Counted from the first letter of the stretch, positions 17,071 through 27,173 are shown. The stretch: 64,000 nt of DNA from Patescibacteria group bacterium (GCA_028716665.1 JAQUPP010000002.1:139717-203716); one strand, 5' to 3'. Numbers and translations are program-made. Notes: generated by a model from the sequence alone, not told the origin.

Positions 17071-18564
17071 ATGAAAAATATTCAAATTCAGAAATCGAAT
17101 AGTAGTGAGAAAGAAACCATAACAATTGAAAAAAATATGGTTATTATTGGGGCAAATGGTTCTGGTAAAACAAGACTCGGAGCAATGCTTGAACAAATAA
17201 ATACTCCTACAAAAAGAATTTCTGCACAGAGATATTTGACATTGCGTGAATTAGTAGAAAAGCAAGACGTTGAGACTGCAGATAATCAACTTAAAAATAT
17301 TTATAAAAATCAACCTTCTAATTCACCTCAAAATGATTATCAGCAAGTACTTATTTTATTGTTTGCCCAAGAATCAAGGAGGGATTCAGAGTACGTAGCA
17401 TCTTCGCGTGAGTCTAGAGGGAGGGTAGAAATTCCACAATCAATAAAAGAGAAGGTGATTGATTGTTGGATTTCTATTTTTCCTTATCGAGCATTAAAAC
17501 TTGAGAAAGATAGGGTTCGAGCTGATGATTTCTCTGGGCAAGAGATGAGTGACGGCGAAAAAGTTGGCCTGTATTTAATCTCTCAAATTTTACTTGCTGA
17601 AAAAGACTGTATTCTAATTATTGATGAACCAGAACTTCATCTACATAAAGCTTTAATGACAAGATTGTGGAATAAATTAGAAGAATATAGAAGTGACTGT
17701 ACTTTTATTTATATAACCCATGATCTCGATTTCGCAGTTAGTAAGTCGTCAAGTAAGCTCATTTGGGTCCAGAGTTATAAAGATAATTTATGGATTTGGA
17801 AAGAGATTGATCCAAATAATATAATTCCTGAGAATCTTTATCTTGAAATACTTGGAAGTCGAAAATCAATTTTATTTGTTGAAGGTGAGAAGGGTTCGCT
17901 AGATATACAAATTTATCAGTTATTCTATGATAATTTTACAGTTATTCCTCGCGGCTCTTGTGGAGAAGTAATTGAATCGGTAAAGGGTTTAAAAAAGAAT
18001 CCTAATCTTCACGACAAAAAGGTTTATGGGCTTATTGACAGGGATTTTCATTCTGAAGAAAAGATTAAATCATGGCATAAAAAAGGAATATTTAGTATTA
18101 AATTAAATAAGGTAGAAAATCTTTTTTTGATACCAGAAATAATTGAGATGGTCTGTAATCATTTGTCGAAACCAGAAGAAAAAGAAAAAATTATCTCAAA
18201 AATTAAGGAAAATTATAAAAAAAATAAAAAGAAAATATTTTTTACTGCTTCAAAAGATCGACAACATAGGCACTTAGGTGAAAAATTTGGATTGGTAAAA
18301 AATAAAAAGAATTATGATAATTTTAAAAGTGTTATTTTTTCTGAATTAGATAGCCTGTTTGTAAGTGATTTGCCAGATAATAATAGTGAAATTATAGAAA
18401 TATTGAAGGTTTATCCGTATAAGGGTTTTGTTAGAGAGATACAGGGAATGGTAGGATTATCAAAAAATGAATATATAAATTTGGTGTTAAGTTTTTTATC
18501 ATCTTCCGATAAAAGAAAAAAAATAATTAAAATTTTAAAATTTTATTTACCCAGAATAAACTAA
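17071..18564 (+). CDS. OLD-family-like ABC-type ATPase fused to Toprim-like/DUF4435-like C-terminal domain (candidate defence nuclease)
   Basis: Walker A GANGSGKT, signature MSDGEK, Walker B ILIIDEPELHLH, H-loop IYITHD; C-term ILFVEGEKGSLD ... GLIDRDF resembling Toprim E and DxD motifs. Confidence 0.6.
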   Translation: MKNIQIQKSNSSEKETITIEKNMVIIGANGSGKTRLGAMLEQINTPTKRISAQRYLTLRELVEKQDVETADNQLKNIYKNQPSNSPQNDYQQVLILLFAQESRRDSEYVASSRESRGRVEIPQSIKEKVIDCWISIFPYRALKLEKDRVRADDFSGQEMSDGEKVGLYLISQILLAEKDCILIIDEPELHLHKALMTRLWNKLEEYRSDCTFIYITHDLDFAVSKSSSKLIWVQSYKDNLWIWKEIDPNNIIPENLYLEILGSRKSILFVEGEKGSLDIQIYQLFYDNFTVIPRGSCGEVIESVKGLKKNPNLHDKKVYGLIDRDFHSEEKIKSWHKKGIFSIKLNKVENLFLIPEIIEMVCNHLSKPEEKEKIISKIKENYKKNKKKIFFTASKDRQHRHLGEKFGLVKNKKNYDNFKSVIFSELDSLFVSDLPDNNSEIIEILKVYPYKGFVREIQGMVGLSKNEYINLVLSFLSSSDKRKKIIKILKFYLPRIN

Positions 18565-18688
18565 GAATCTATAAATTATTTTTTAGGATTTAATTAATAT
18601 AGTTAAGCTTTTTTATTCGCATTTCAACATCGTTCTGTCACTCTCAATAAATAAATTTTAGCTTGAAAATCAACAATAATTTAAATCT

Positions 18689-20590
18689 ATGAAAAAACAA
18701 TTCTCATTTTTTAAAATTACAATAATCATTTTAATATTTGGTGTTTTTGCATTTGTCAATCAAGTTTGTGCAGAAATAAATGATTATCAACTAAATAAAA
18801 ATGATGTTCAATATGCGATAACACCATTAATATTTAACGAAGGGGATAGAGAGCCAATTGAATTAAAGTTTAAAATATTATCATCAAATTTTGATTATAC
18901 TGAAATTAAGTCTATTTATTTTAAGTTTTATAATTATTCTGATGATTTATACTTTTCTTTTTCTAAAGGAATCTTTGAAAATGATTGGAACACAAATAAC
19001 AAAGAATTCACATTCAGTATGACAAATGATTGGTCTACAAGATATAATGCCAAGTTAATTTCAATTGATTATCAGGTTAAATATCAAAATATTTTGTATT
19101 CTATTCCAATTGATGATGAAACCAAAATAATAGTTATACCGACGGTGCCGATTACTTGTAATTCTTTTATTTATTCTAATTGGTCTTCTTGCTCTGAGGG
19201 CGGTTCACAGACAAGGTCTATAATTTCTTCTTCTCCAAGTGGATGTTCCGGGGGCAACCCTATTTTAACTCAAACTTGTACTTATGTTCTACCAGTTTGC
19301 ACTTCATGGGTATATTCCGATTGGAATATTTGTCAATCTAATGGGACACAAAATAGAACTGTAACTTCATTTTCACCAAACGGTTGCACGGGTGGCAACC
19401 CTATTTTAACTCAATCCTGTGCTTATGTTGCACCAACCTGCACTTCATGGACTTATTCTAATTGGTCTTCGTGTTTAGACAACAGTCAGCAAACAAGGTC
19501 TATAATTTCTTCTTCTCCAAATGGTTGTTCTAATGGAAATCCAATATTGACTCAATCTTGCACATATATTTACACTCCACCAACCTGCACTTCATGGACT
19601 TATTCTGATTGGGGCGCGTGTGTTAATAATCAACAAAGCAGAACAATAATATCGTCACAGCCTGCAAGCTGTATTGGCGGTAATCCTATATTAATACAAA
19701 CTTGTAATCTTACACCAGCCTGTTCAGAAAACGATTGGACGTCTCTTTTAACTCCAACGGCTTGTCCAAATAACGGTCAGCAAACAAAAACATGGTATAA
19801 AATAGGGCAATGCCAAGAGGGAGTTACTCATCCATCTACAGAAACAATCAGCTGTAATTATCAAGCACTTACTTGTACTGATTTCACATACAATAATTGG
19901 GGTGAGTGCGGTTTAAGCGGTGTGCAATCAAGGACGGTATTTTCTTCTTCTCCAAGTGGATGTTCCGGGGGCAACCCTATTTTAACTCAAACTTGTACTT
20001 ATATTCCTACCTGCATAGTAAATAATTGGTCTTGTGGTAATTGGTCTAGTTGTTCTTCAAATGGTGCTCAAACTAGAATATGTAATAAAATTTTAAATTG
20101 CGATGGGGGCGTATTGTCGCCTGCAACTACACAATCATGTATTTATACATCGCCAGAAAAACAAGAAAATATCGGTTCACTTTCGGACGGAACCTTGGTC
20201 AGAATAAAAGGTACTGCCGGTGTTTATTTAATTTATAACAATCAAAAACGTCCCATTAAGAGTGCTGCGGTATTTTTAGGCAGAGGATATAAATGGAAAA
20301 ATATAATTGATGTTGATGCGAATATATTAAATGTTTATCCTACGGGCTCAGAATTAACAATTTCAGAAGTAATAAATATAGTGCCAAAAAATCAGGGTAT
20401 CAAGATAAAGATTAATGTCCCGAGTTTGCGAGTTAGAAGTTTACCCAATGCGAACGGAAAAATTATTATTTCAGTCTTGAACGGGAAAGAATATCAAGTG
20501 ATCGAAAAACAAACCGGTTGGTATAAAATAAATTATACTGCTAATAAAACAGGCTGGATAATGAGCCAATATACAAAAATAATTAAATAA
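18689..20590 (+). CDS. Secreted protein with ~7 thrombospondin-type-1-like Cys-rich repeats and C-terminal SH3b-like domain
   Basis: Signal peptide; repeats CTSW.YS.WS.C..NG.QTR...SSSP.GC.GGNPILTQ.C.Y (W-S-x-W-S-x-C...QTR) with near-identical DNA copies; C-term GWYKINYTANKTGWIMSQYTKI. Confidence 0.55.
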   Translation: MKKQFSFFKITIIILIFGVFAFVNQVCAEINDYQLNKNDVQYAITPLIFNEGDREPIELKFKILSSNFDYTEIKSIYFKFYNYSDDLYFSFSKGIFENDWNTNNKEFTFSMTNDWSTRYNAKLISIDYQVKYQNILYSIPIDDETKIIVIPTVPITCNSFIYSNWSSCSEGGSQTRSIISSSPSGCSGGNPILTQTCTYVLPVCTSWVYSDWNICQSNGTQNRTVTSFSPNGCTGGNPILTQSCAYVAPTCTSWTYSNWSSCLDNSQQTRSIISSSPNGCSNGNPILTQSCTYIYTPPTCTSWTYSDWGACVNNQQSRTIISSQPASCIGGNPILIQTCNLTPACSENDWTSLLTPTACPNNGQQTKTWYKIGQCQEGVTHPSTETISCNYQALTCTDFTYNNWGECGLSGVQSRTVFSSSPSGCSGGNPILTQTCTYIPTCIVNNWSCGNWSSCSSNGAQTRICNKILNCDGGVLSPATTQSCIYTSPEKQENIGSLSDGTLVRIKGTAGVYLIYNNQKRPIKSAAVFLGRGYKWKNIIDVDANILNVYPTGSELTISEVINIVPKNQGIKIKINVPSLRVRSLPNANGKIIISVLNGKEYQVIEKQTGWYKINYTANKTGWIMSQYTKIIK

Positions 20591-20594
20591 AGAT

Positions 20595-20813
20595 ATGATA
20601 GGTACGATTGGATTAATTTTTAATTTTATCGGTACATTATTGATTATCCTTTTTATAGGTAAAGATCAAAATGAGTGGACGGAGAACGAAGGAAAATATA
20701 AAAATAAAAAATATTATGCCTTATTTATTAAGTGCCCCCGTTGTTTAAATTTTGGAATTATTTTAATAGTTATAGGATTTATTTTTAGTTTAATTGATAG
20801 TTTATTAAAATAG
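20595..20813 (+). CDS. Small membrane protein with CPRC motif, unknown function
   Basis: ORF with two hydrophobic segments; weak. Confidence 0.3.
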   Translation: MIGTIGLIFNFIGTLLIILFIGKDQNEWTENEGKYKNKKYYALFIKCPRCLNFGIILIVIGFIFSLIDSLLK

Positions 20814-20849
20814 CGAGTAGTACGACAGGGTAAAATTTCAAAAAAGTCA

Positions 20850-20878
20850 TTGTCAACAAATTAATTTTGTGATATAAT
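20850..20878 (+). promoter_or_regulatory. Promoter TTGTCA-17-TATAAT with extended -10 (TGTGATATAAT) upstream of gyrB
   Basis: Hexamers/spacing read directly. Confidence 0.5.
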
Positions 20879-20885
20879 ATTACTG

Positions 20886-22928
20886 ATGAAAAATAAACAA
20901 ACAGACAAAAAGACGGAAGTCAAAATAACTCCTCAAGACAAAAAGAAGGCGGATATTAAAGAATATGGCGCCAAGCAAATTACCGTTCTTGAAGGATTGG
21001 AACCGGTTAGAAAAAGACCGGCCATGTATATTGGTTCAACCGATTTAACCGGCTTGCATCATCTTATTTGGGAAGTGGCGGACAACGCTTTGGACGAAGC
21101 CACGGGCGGTTTTTGCAATGAAATAAGCATTGAATTATTGGAAGGCAACAGAGTCAGAGTTTCGGATAACGGCCGAGGTATTCCGGTTGATATTCACAAA
21201 GGCACGGGTAAAAGCGCGCTTGAAGTGGTTATGACCAAACTTCATGCCGGCGGAAAATTTGACCAAGGAGCTTATAAAATTTCAGGCGGATTGCACGGGG
21301 TGGGAGTTTCAGTGGTAAACGCTTTGTCAGTTTACACAAAAGCGGAAGTTAAGAGAGACGGAAAACTTTGGGCGCAAGAATATAAACGGGGAATTCCAAC
21401 CGGAAAAGTCAAACCAGTCGGAAAAGCAGAGGGGAGCGGAACAATCATTACTTTCCAGCCTGATCCGGAAATTTTTCCAAGAACAGATTTTAATTTTGAA
21501 ACAATTTTAAATCATCTTCGCCAGCAAGCTTATTTGACACGCGGAATAAAAATCAGTGTTTCCGACGAATCGTCTCCGAAAAATAAAAAATCATACACTT
21601 TTTATTTTGAAGGCGGCGTATATTCGTTTGTTCAATATTTAAATAGAACCAATGAACCGCTGCATCCGAATGTTTTTTACGTGGCCAAAGAAGCGGAAGA
21701 TATTTTCGTGGAAGTCGGTTTTCAATACACCAATGATTTCAGAGAATGTTTGCTCGGTTTTGCCAATAATATTTATACTCCCGAAGGCGGATCGCACGTG
21801 GTCGGTTTTCGTTCAGCTTTGACCAGAGTATTAAACAGCTATGCCAGAGATAAAGATTATATAAAAGAAAAAGATGCCAATTTGACAGGTGATGATGTTC
21901 GCGAAGGATTAACCACGGTTATCAGCGTGAAATTAAAAGATCCGCAATTTGAAGGCCAGACCAAAAGCAAGTTGGGAAATGTTGAAGCGAGAACGGCGGT
22001 TGATACGATTTTCTCCGCTGCTTTCAAAGATTTTTTGGAAGAACATCCCAAAGATGCGGAAGCGATTATTAAACGTTGCGTTTTGTCGGCCAAGGCCAGA
22101 CAAGCGGCCAAATCAGCCCGAGAAACAATTTTAAGAAAAGGCGTTTTGGAAAGCTTGGCTTTGCCGGGAAAATTGGCTGATTGCACTTCGAGAGATCCTC
22201 AATTGAGCGAACTTTTCATTGTCGAAGGAGACAGTGCCGGTGGAAGTTGTAAAATGGCTCGCGACAGAATGTATCAGGCGATTTTGCCATTGCGCGGAAA
22301 AATTATGAACGTTGAGAGAGCGCGTTTGGATAAAATTCTTTCCAATCAAGAATTAAAATCTTTGGTTATCGCTTTGGGAACAAATATCGGAGAACAATTT
22401 GAAATTGAAAAATTGCGCTATCATAAAATTATTATTATGACTGATGCGGACGTAGACGGTTCGCACATCAGAACGCTTCTTTTGACTTTCTTCTATCGTT
22501 ATTTTCCGGAATTGGTCAATCAGGGATTTATTTACGCCGCTCAACCGCCATTGTATCGCGTTCAATTTGGCGGTAATTCCAAATATTTTTACAATGAAGA
22601 AGACAAAGATAAATTTTTAAAACAAGAGAGAAATGATAAATCGGAAGAAGTGGGCAAAGGATTTAAAGTAAAGAAAATAGGGGATACGCCCAAGCAATCA
22701 GCGCCGAAAAATTTTAACATTCAAAGATATAAAGGTTTGGGTGAAATGAATCCGGACGAACTTTTTGAAACCACCATGAATAAAAACACCCGCATTTTGA
22801 AAAAGATAGAAGTGGAAAACGCCTCCAAAACAGACGAGATATTTGATATTTTAATGGGCAAAGACGTTGAACCGAGAAAAAGATTTATTCAAACCCACGC
22901 CAAAGCCGTTAAAAATTTGGATATCTAA
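20886..22928 (+). CDS. gyrB: DNA gyrase subunit B
   Basis: GHKL ATPase motifs (HHLIWEVADNALDEA, DNGRGIP, GGLHGVG), Toprim EGDSAGGS, C-terminal QRYKGLGEMNP. Confidence 0.93.
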   Translation: MKNKQTDKKTEVKITPQDKKKADIKEYGAKQITVLEGLEPVRKRPAMYIGSTDLTGLHHLIWEVADNALDEATGGFCNEISIELLEGNRVRVSDNGRGIPVDIHKGTGKSALEVVMTKLHAGGKFDQGAYKISGGLHGVGVSVVNALSVYTKAEVKRDGKLWAQEYKRGIPTGKVKPVGKAEGSGTIITFQPDPEIFPRTDFNFETILNHLRQQAYLTRGIKISVSDESSPKNKKSYTFYFEGGVYSFVQYLNRTNEPLHPNVFYVAKEAEDIFVEVGFQYTNDFRECLLGFANNIYTPEGGSHVVGFRSALTRVLNSYARDKDYIKEKDANLTGDDVREGLTTVISVKLKDPQFEGQTKSKLGNVEARTAVDTIFSAAFKDFLEEHPKDAEAIIKRCVLSAKARQAAKSARETILRKGVLESLALPGKLADCTSRDPQLSELFIVEGDSAGGSCKMARDRMYQAILPLRGKIMNVERARLDKILSNQELKSLVIALGTNIGEQFEIEKLRYHKIIIMTDADVDGSHIRTLLLTFFYRYFPELVNQGFIYAAQPPLYRVQFGGNSKYFYNEEDKDKFLKQERNDKSEEVGKGFKVKKIGDTPKQSAPKNFNIQRYKGLGEMNPDELFETTMNKNTRILKKIEVENASKTDEIFDILMGKDVEPRKRFIQTHAKAVKNLDI

Positions 22929-23037
22929 ACAGCTTTTTAGCTTGTAGCTTATTAGCTTTTTAGGCCTTAGAAACTAGCTTATTAAAAATTTTAGCCTACA
23001 GGCTAAAAAGCCAGTTTATCCACTTGCATGTTTTTAA

Positions 23038-23277
23038 ATGAGTGTTATTATAAATAAGACCCGCCGGGTCATTTTAAAAACCAATAATATTAGTATGATA
23101 AATAAATTTAGCAATTATATTAAAAGTTCCATTAGCGAACTGAAAAAAGTGGCTTGGCCTTCACGAAAAGAAACCACAAACCACACTATTTTGGTTATTG
23201 GTATAAGTTTAGGCCTCGCTGCTTTTTTAGGTTTGATTGATTTTTTCTTAACCAAATTATTACAAGTGATATTATAA
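23038..23277 (+). CDS. secE: Preprotein translocase subunit SecE (true start probably internal, ~23098)
   Basis: Single C-terminal TM helix, position immediately upstream of nusG. Confidence 0.6.
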   Translation: MSVIINKTRRVILKTNNISMINKFSNYIKSSISELKKVAWPSRKETTNHTILVIGISLGLAAFLGLIDFFLTKLLQVIL

Positions 23278-23281
23278 ATTT

Positions 23282-23827
23282 ATGCCTAGGCAAATTCAAC
23301 AAGAAGGCCGCCGTTGGTATGCCATTCATACTTATGCCGGATACGAAGAAAACGTGGCCGAAAACTTGCAGCAAAGAATTGACTCAATGGACATGCACGA
23401 TAAAATTTTTAATATTTTAATTCCCACTGAAAAGAGAATTAAAATAAGAAATAGCAAGCGAAGAGTGGTGATTGAAAAAATGTTTCCCGGTTATGTATTA
23501 GTGGAAATGGATGTAACCGATGATTCATGGTATGTGGTCAGAAATACACCGAATGTTACCGGTTTTATCGGCTCGGGCACTACGCCTACTCCGTTGTCTG
23601 ACGCGGAATTTAAAAATATTCAGAAAAGAATGGGTGTTGAAGAACCCAAATATAAAATTGATATCAGCATCGGTTCTCCTGTTAAAATCAATGATGGACC
23701 GTTTAAGGGTTTTGAAGGCAGAGTAGAGGAAGTTGACGAAATGAGAGGAAGATTAAAAGTTCTGATTTCCGTCTTCGGCCGCGAAACTCCTATTGAATTA
23801 GACTTTTTACAGATTAAAAAAATATAA
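23282..23827 (+). CDS. nusG: Transcription termination/antitermination factor NusG
   Basis: NGN domain ([14 protein letters not shown]) and KOW motif ([21 protein letters not shown]). Confidence 0.9.
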   Translation: MPRQIQQEGRRWYAIHTYAGYEENVAENLQQRIDSMDMHDKIFNILIPTEKRIKIRNSKRRVVIEKMFPGYVLVEMDVTDDSWYVVRNTPNVTGFIGSGTTPTPLSDAEFKNIQKRMGVEEPKYKIDISIGSPVKINDGPFKGFEGRVEEVDEMRGRLKVLISVFGRETPIELDFLQIKKI

Positions 23828-23834
23828 TAATTTT

Positions 23835-24260
23835 ATGGCTAAAAAAATAAAAAGCGTTATTAAACTTCAAATTCAGGCAGGACAAGCTAATCCCGCGCCG
23901 CCAGTCGGTCCGGCATTAGGCCAGCACGGTTTAAATATCGCGGAATTTTGCAAAAAATTTAATGACGCCACTAAAGATAAAATCGGCAACATTATTCCGG
24001 CGGAAATTACTGTTTTTGAAGACAGGACTTATTCTTTTGTTCTCAAAACTCCTCCCGCTTCGGAATTGCTTAAAAAAGCGGCCGGTATTGAGAAAGGTTC
24101 AGGAAAACCATTGCAAGTGAAAGTTGGAAAAGTAACCAAAGCTCAAATCAGAGAAATTGCCAAAATAAAATTACCGGATTTGAATACTGATAATTTGGAA
24201 GCGGCTTGTAAAATTATTGAAGGCACAGCCAGACAAATGGGCATTGAGGTGAAAAACTAA
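23835..24260 (+). CDS. rplK: 50S ribosomal protein L11
   Basis: [27 protein letters not shown]. Confidence 0.93.
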   Translation: MAKKIKSVIKLQIQAGQANPAPPVGPALGQHGLNIAEFCKKFNDATKDKIGNIIPAEITVFEDRTYSFVLKTPPASELLKKAAGIEKGSGKPLQVKVGKVTKAQIREIAKIKLPDLNTDNLEAACKIIEGTARQMGIEVKN

Positions 24261-24295
24261 AAAGCTAATAAGCTAATTCCTAAAAAGCTAATTTT

Positions 24296-24973
24296 ATGTA
24301 CAGCAAACGTTATCAAAAAATAAAAAAACAAACAGATTCTTCTAAAGCTTATAATTTAGGCGAAGCTATAGATCTTATTAAAAGTTTGAAATCCGCCAAA
24401 TTTGACGAGACGATTGATATTCATATTAAATTGGGTATTAATCCTTCCAAAACAGAACAGCAAGCCAAGGGCTCGGTTATTCTGCCAAATGGAGCGGTAA
24501 AAACAAAAAAAATTGTTGCTTTTGTTTCTGAAAAGCACGTTCAGGAAGCCAAAGACGCCGGAGCTGATTTGGTTGGCGGCGAAGAATTGATCAAGGAAAT
24601 CAAGGAAACAGGTAAATGCAATTTTGACGTAGCCGTCGCTCATCCTGATATGATGAGAAGTTTGGCTCAAGTGGCAAAAGTTTTAGGACCAAAGGGTTTA
24701 ATGCCAACGCCAAAACTCGGCACCATTACCGAAGATATTTCTAAAATTATCGGTGAATTGAAAAAAGGCAAAGTGGCTTTTAAAAATGACGCCGGCGGAA
24801 ATGTCCATCAAGCAATGGGAAAAGTTTCTTGGGATAAAGAAAAAATTCAAGGCAATATGGAAGCATTTTTGTCCGCGGTCAGAAAATCAAAACCGGCCGG
24901 AGTGAAAAGTAATTTTATCAAATCAGTGTCCATTGCCTCAACCATGGGGCCGGGATTAAAGATTAGTATCTAA
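24296..24973 (+). CDS. rplA: 50S ribosomal protein L1
   Basis: Family-typical sequence, follows rplK. Confidence 0.9.
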   Translation: MYSKRYQKIKKQTDSSKAYNLGEAIDLIKSLKSAKFDETIDIHIKLGINPSKTEQQAKGSVILPNGAVKTKKIVAFVSEKHVQEAKDAGADLVGGEELIKEIKETGKCNFDVAVAHPDMMRSLAQVAKVLGPKGLMPTPKLGTITEDISKIIGELKKGKVAFKNDAGGNVHQAMGKVSWDKEKIQGNMEAFLSAVRKSKPAGVKSNFIKSVSIASTMGPGLKISI

Positions 24974-24976
24974 TTT

Positions 24977-25672
24977 ATGAAGAAGAAAGGGCTATTCATC
25001 GTTTTGGAAGGAACTGATGGCTCGGGCAAAAGCGAACAATTTAATCGTTTGCTTAAAAGATTAAAACAATCAGGTCAAAATATAAAAACAGTGGACTTTC
25101 CGCAATACGGGAAGTCTTCTGCTTATTTCGTGGAAAAATATTTAACCGGCGAATACGGCGGATGGAAAGAAGTCGGACCGTATAAAGCTTCTCTTTTTTA
25201 TGCCTTGGACAGATTTGATATTTCCGCGCAAGTTAGAAAATGGTTAAAACAGGGAAATATAATTTTAGCCAATCGTTATGTAGCTTCCAATTTGGGACAC
25301 CAGGGTGTTAAAATAAAAAATAAAAACACTCGGCATAATTTTTTCAAATGGATTAATAATTTGGAATATGAAATTTTAGGCATTCCCAGACCGGATATCA
25401 ATTTTTTTCTTCACGTGCCGGCCAAGGTGGCTTATAAATTAGTGGCTAAAAAAGGAGCGCGCGAATATTTGCACGGTAAAAAAAGAGATATCCATGAACA
25501 GGATATCAAACACTTGCAGCAAGCGGAAAAAAATTATTTGGAAATCGTAAAATTTTTCCCTAAAGATTTTTTATTGATTGAATGCGCTTCAAATAATAAG
25601 CTTTTAAGCAGAGAGGAGATAGAGGAAAGAATTTGGAAAAGTTTCAAAAGAAAATATCCAAGCTTAGGATAA
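24977..25672 (+). CDS. tmk: Thymidylate kinase
   Basis: [14 protein letters not shown]-loop and DRF/LID regions. Confidence 0.8.
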   Translation: MKKKGLFIVLEGTDGSGKSEQFNRLLKRLKQSGQNIKTVDFPQYGKSSAYFVEKYLTGEYGGWKEVGPYKASLFYALDRFDISAQVRKWLKQGNIILANRYVASNLGHQGVKIKNKNTRHNFFKWINNLEYEILGIPRPDINFFLHVPAKVAYKLVAKKGAREYLHGKKRDIHEQDIKHLQQAEKNYLEIVKFFPKDFLLIECASNNKLLSREEIEERIWKSFKRKYPSLG

Positions 25673-27058
25673 TTTCTTGATAATTGATCCTTGCTCAGCA
25701 TCTTCCACCGTAAATCCTAAATCTTCAATTTTTTTGCGAACTTGGTCGGCTTCCGACCATTTTTTTTGTTTTCTTAATTCTTCCCGTTCTTTGGCCAAGG
25801 CAGATATTTCTTCCGGAATTTCTATCGGTTTTACTTTATCCAAATTTAATCCCAAAACTTGGTCAAACTTCAATAAAGTGGCCATTTTTTGTTCATCAGG
25901 ATATTTTTCTTTTAATAAATCCCAAACAACCGCCAAAGCTTTTGGCGTGTTTAAGTCATCGTTAATGGCTTGGTCAAATTTTTCTTCAACTTCTTTAATT
26001 ATGGTAGTTGGTTTAGGAAAATTTCCCACGATTTGATAAAGATTATTCAAAGCATTCTGAGCCGCAGTTAAACTTTCCAAATCAAAGGATAGGGGAGAAC
26101 GGTAATGAGTGTTTAAACATAAATAACGGAAAGCCAAAGATTGAAAATTTAAATTTTTTAATTCTGAAAGGGTATAAATTTCACCTTTACTTTTTGACAT
26201 TTTTCCGCCTTTAAACAAGAGCCATCTTATATGCAGCCAATAATTGACGAATTTTTTACCCGTGGCCGCTTCGCTTTGGGCGATTTCATTAGTATGATGA
26301 ATGGCAATATGTTCTTCACCGCCGGTATGAATGTCGAAATGTTCTCCCAGATATTTCATACTCATAGCCGAGCATTCAATATGCCAGCCCGGAAAACCAA
26401 TTCCCCAAGGGCTTTCCCATTCTTGCTGCCTTTTCGCTTGTCCTGAGCCATGAGCTTGTCGAATGGTCGAAGGGGAGAATTTCCAAAGAGCAAAATCAGT
26501 AATGTTCTTTTTTTCTTTCATCTCAATTCTCGCACCTGCCTCAAGCCCTTCTATTTTGAGTCCGGCCAATTTGCCATAATCTTTTAATTTGGAAGTGTCA
26601 AAATAAATTCCGTCAGAAGTTTTGTAAGTATATCCTTTTTCTTCCAATTTTTTTATCAATTCAATTTGTTCTTTAATATGTTCGGTTGCCTTGCACCAAA
26701 TATCGGGTTCGGAGATATTTAATTTTTTAAAATCATCTTTAAGAATTTGCCAATAATAATTGGCGATATCTTCCGCTTTTTTCCCTTCTTTGGCAGCCGC
26801 TTTTTCCATTTTATCTTCGCCTGTGTCCGCATCAGAAGTTAAATGTCCAACATCAGTTACATTGATAACATGCTTGATTTGATAATTATTGTAAATTAAG
26901 GTTTTTTTGAGAACATCGGCAAAAATATAAGCTCTTAAACAGCCGATGTGCTGATACCAATAAACCGTTGGGCCGCAAGAATAAATGCCGGCAAAACCGG
27001 GTTTAATCGGTTTAAATTCTTCTTTCTGGCGAGTGAGAGTGTTATAAAGTTTTAACAT
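25664..27058 (-). CDS. cysS: Cysteinyl-tRNA synthetase (with 12-16 aa insertion [13 protein letters not shown] before the GWHIECS zinc motif)
   Basis: Class I HIGH-like region ([17 protein letters not shown]), [14 protein letters not shown]. Confidence 0.92.
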   Translation of the reverse strand: MLKLYNTLTRQKEEFKPIKPGFAGIYSCGPTVYWYQHIGCLRAYIFADVLKKTLIYNNYQIKHVINVTDVGHLTSDADTGEDKMEKAAAKEGKKAEDIANYYWQILKDDFKKLNISEPDIWCKATEHIKEQIELIKKLEEKGYTYKTSDGIYFDTSKLKDYGKLAGLKIEGLEAGARIEMKEKKNITDFALWKFSPSTIRQAHGSGQAKRQQEWESPWGIGFPGWHIECSAMSMKYLGEHFDIHTGGEEHIAIHHTNEIAQSEAATGKKFVNYWLHIRWLLFKGGKMSKSKGEIYTLSELKNLNFQSLAFRYLCLNTHYRSPLSFDLESLTAAQNALNNLYQIVGNFPKPTTIIKEVEEKFDQAINDDLNTPKALAVVWDLLKEKYPDEQKMATLLKFDQVLGLNLDKVKPIEIPEEISALAKEREELRKQKKWSEADQVRKKIEDLGFTVEDAEQGSIIKKLS

Positions 27059-27089
27059 ATTAAAATTATTTTAACATTATAAAATAGGG

Positions 27090-27117
27090 TTGACAAGTGT
27101 TCAAAATTTGCTATATT
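27090..27117 (+). promoter_or_regulatory. Promoter TTGACA-16-TATATT for 27174 gene; divergent TTGAAC-17-TATAAT for cysS on opposite strand
   Basis: Read directly. Confidence 0.5.
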
Positions 27118-27173
27118 ATTAATTAATAATTCCAAACATGTTTTGGAAAGAAAATTAAAAAAGGAGGAAAACC

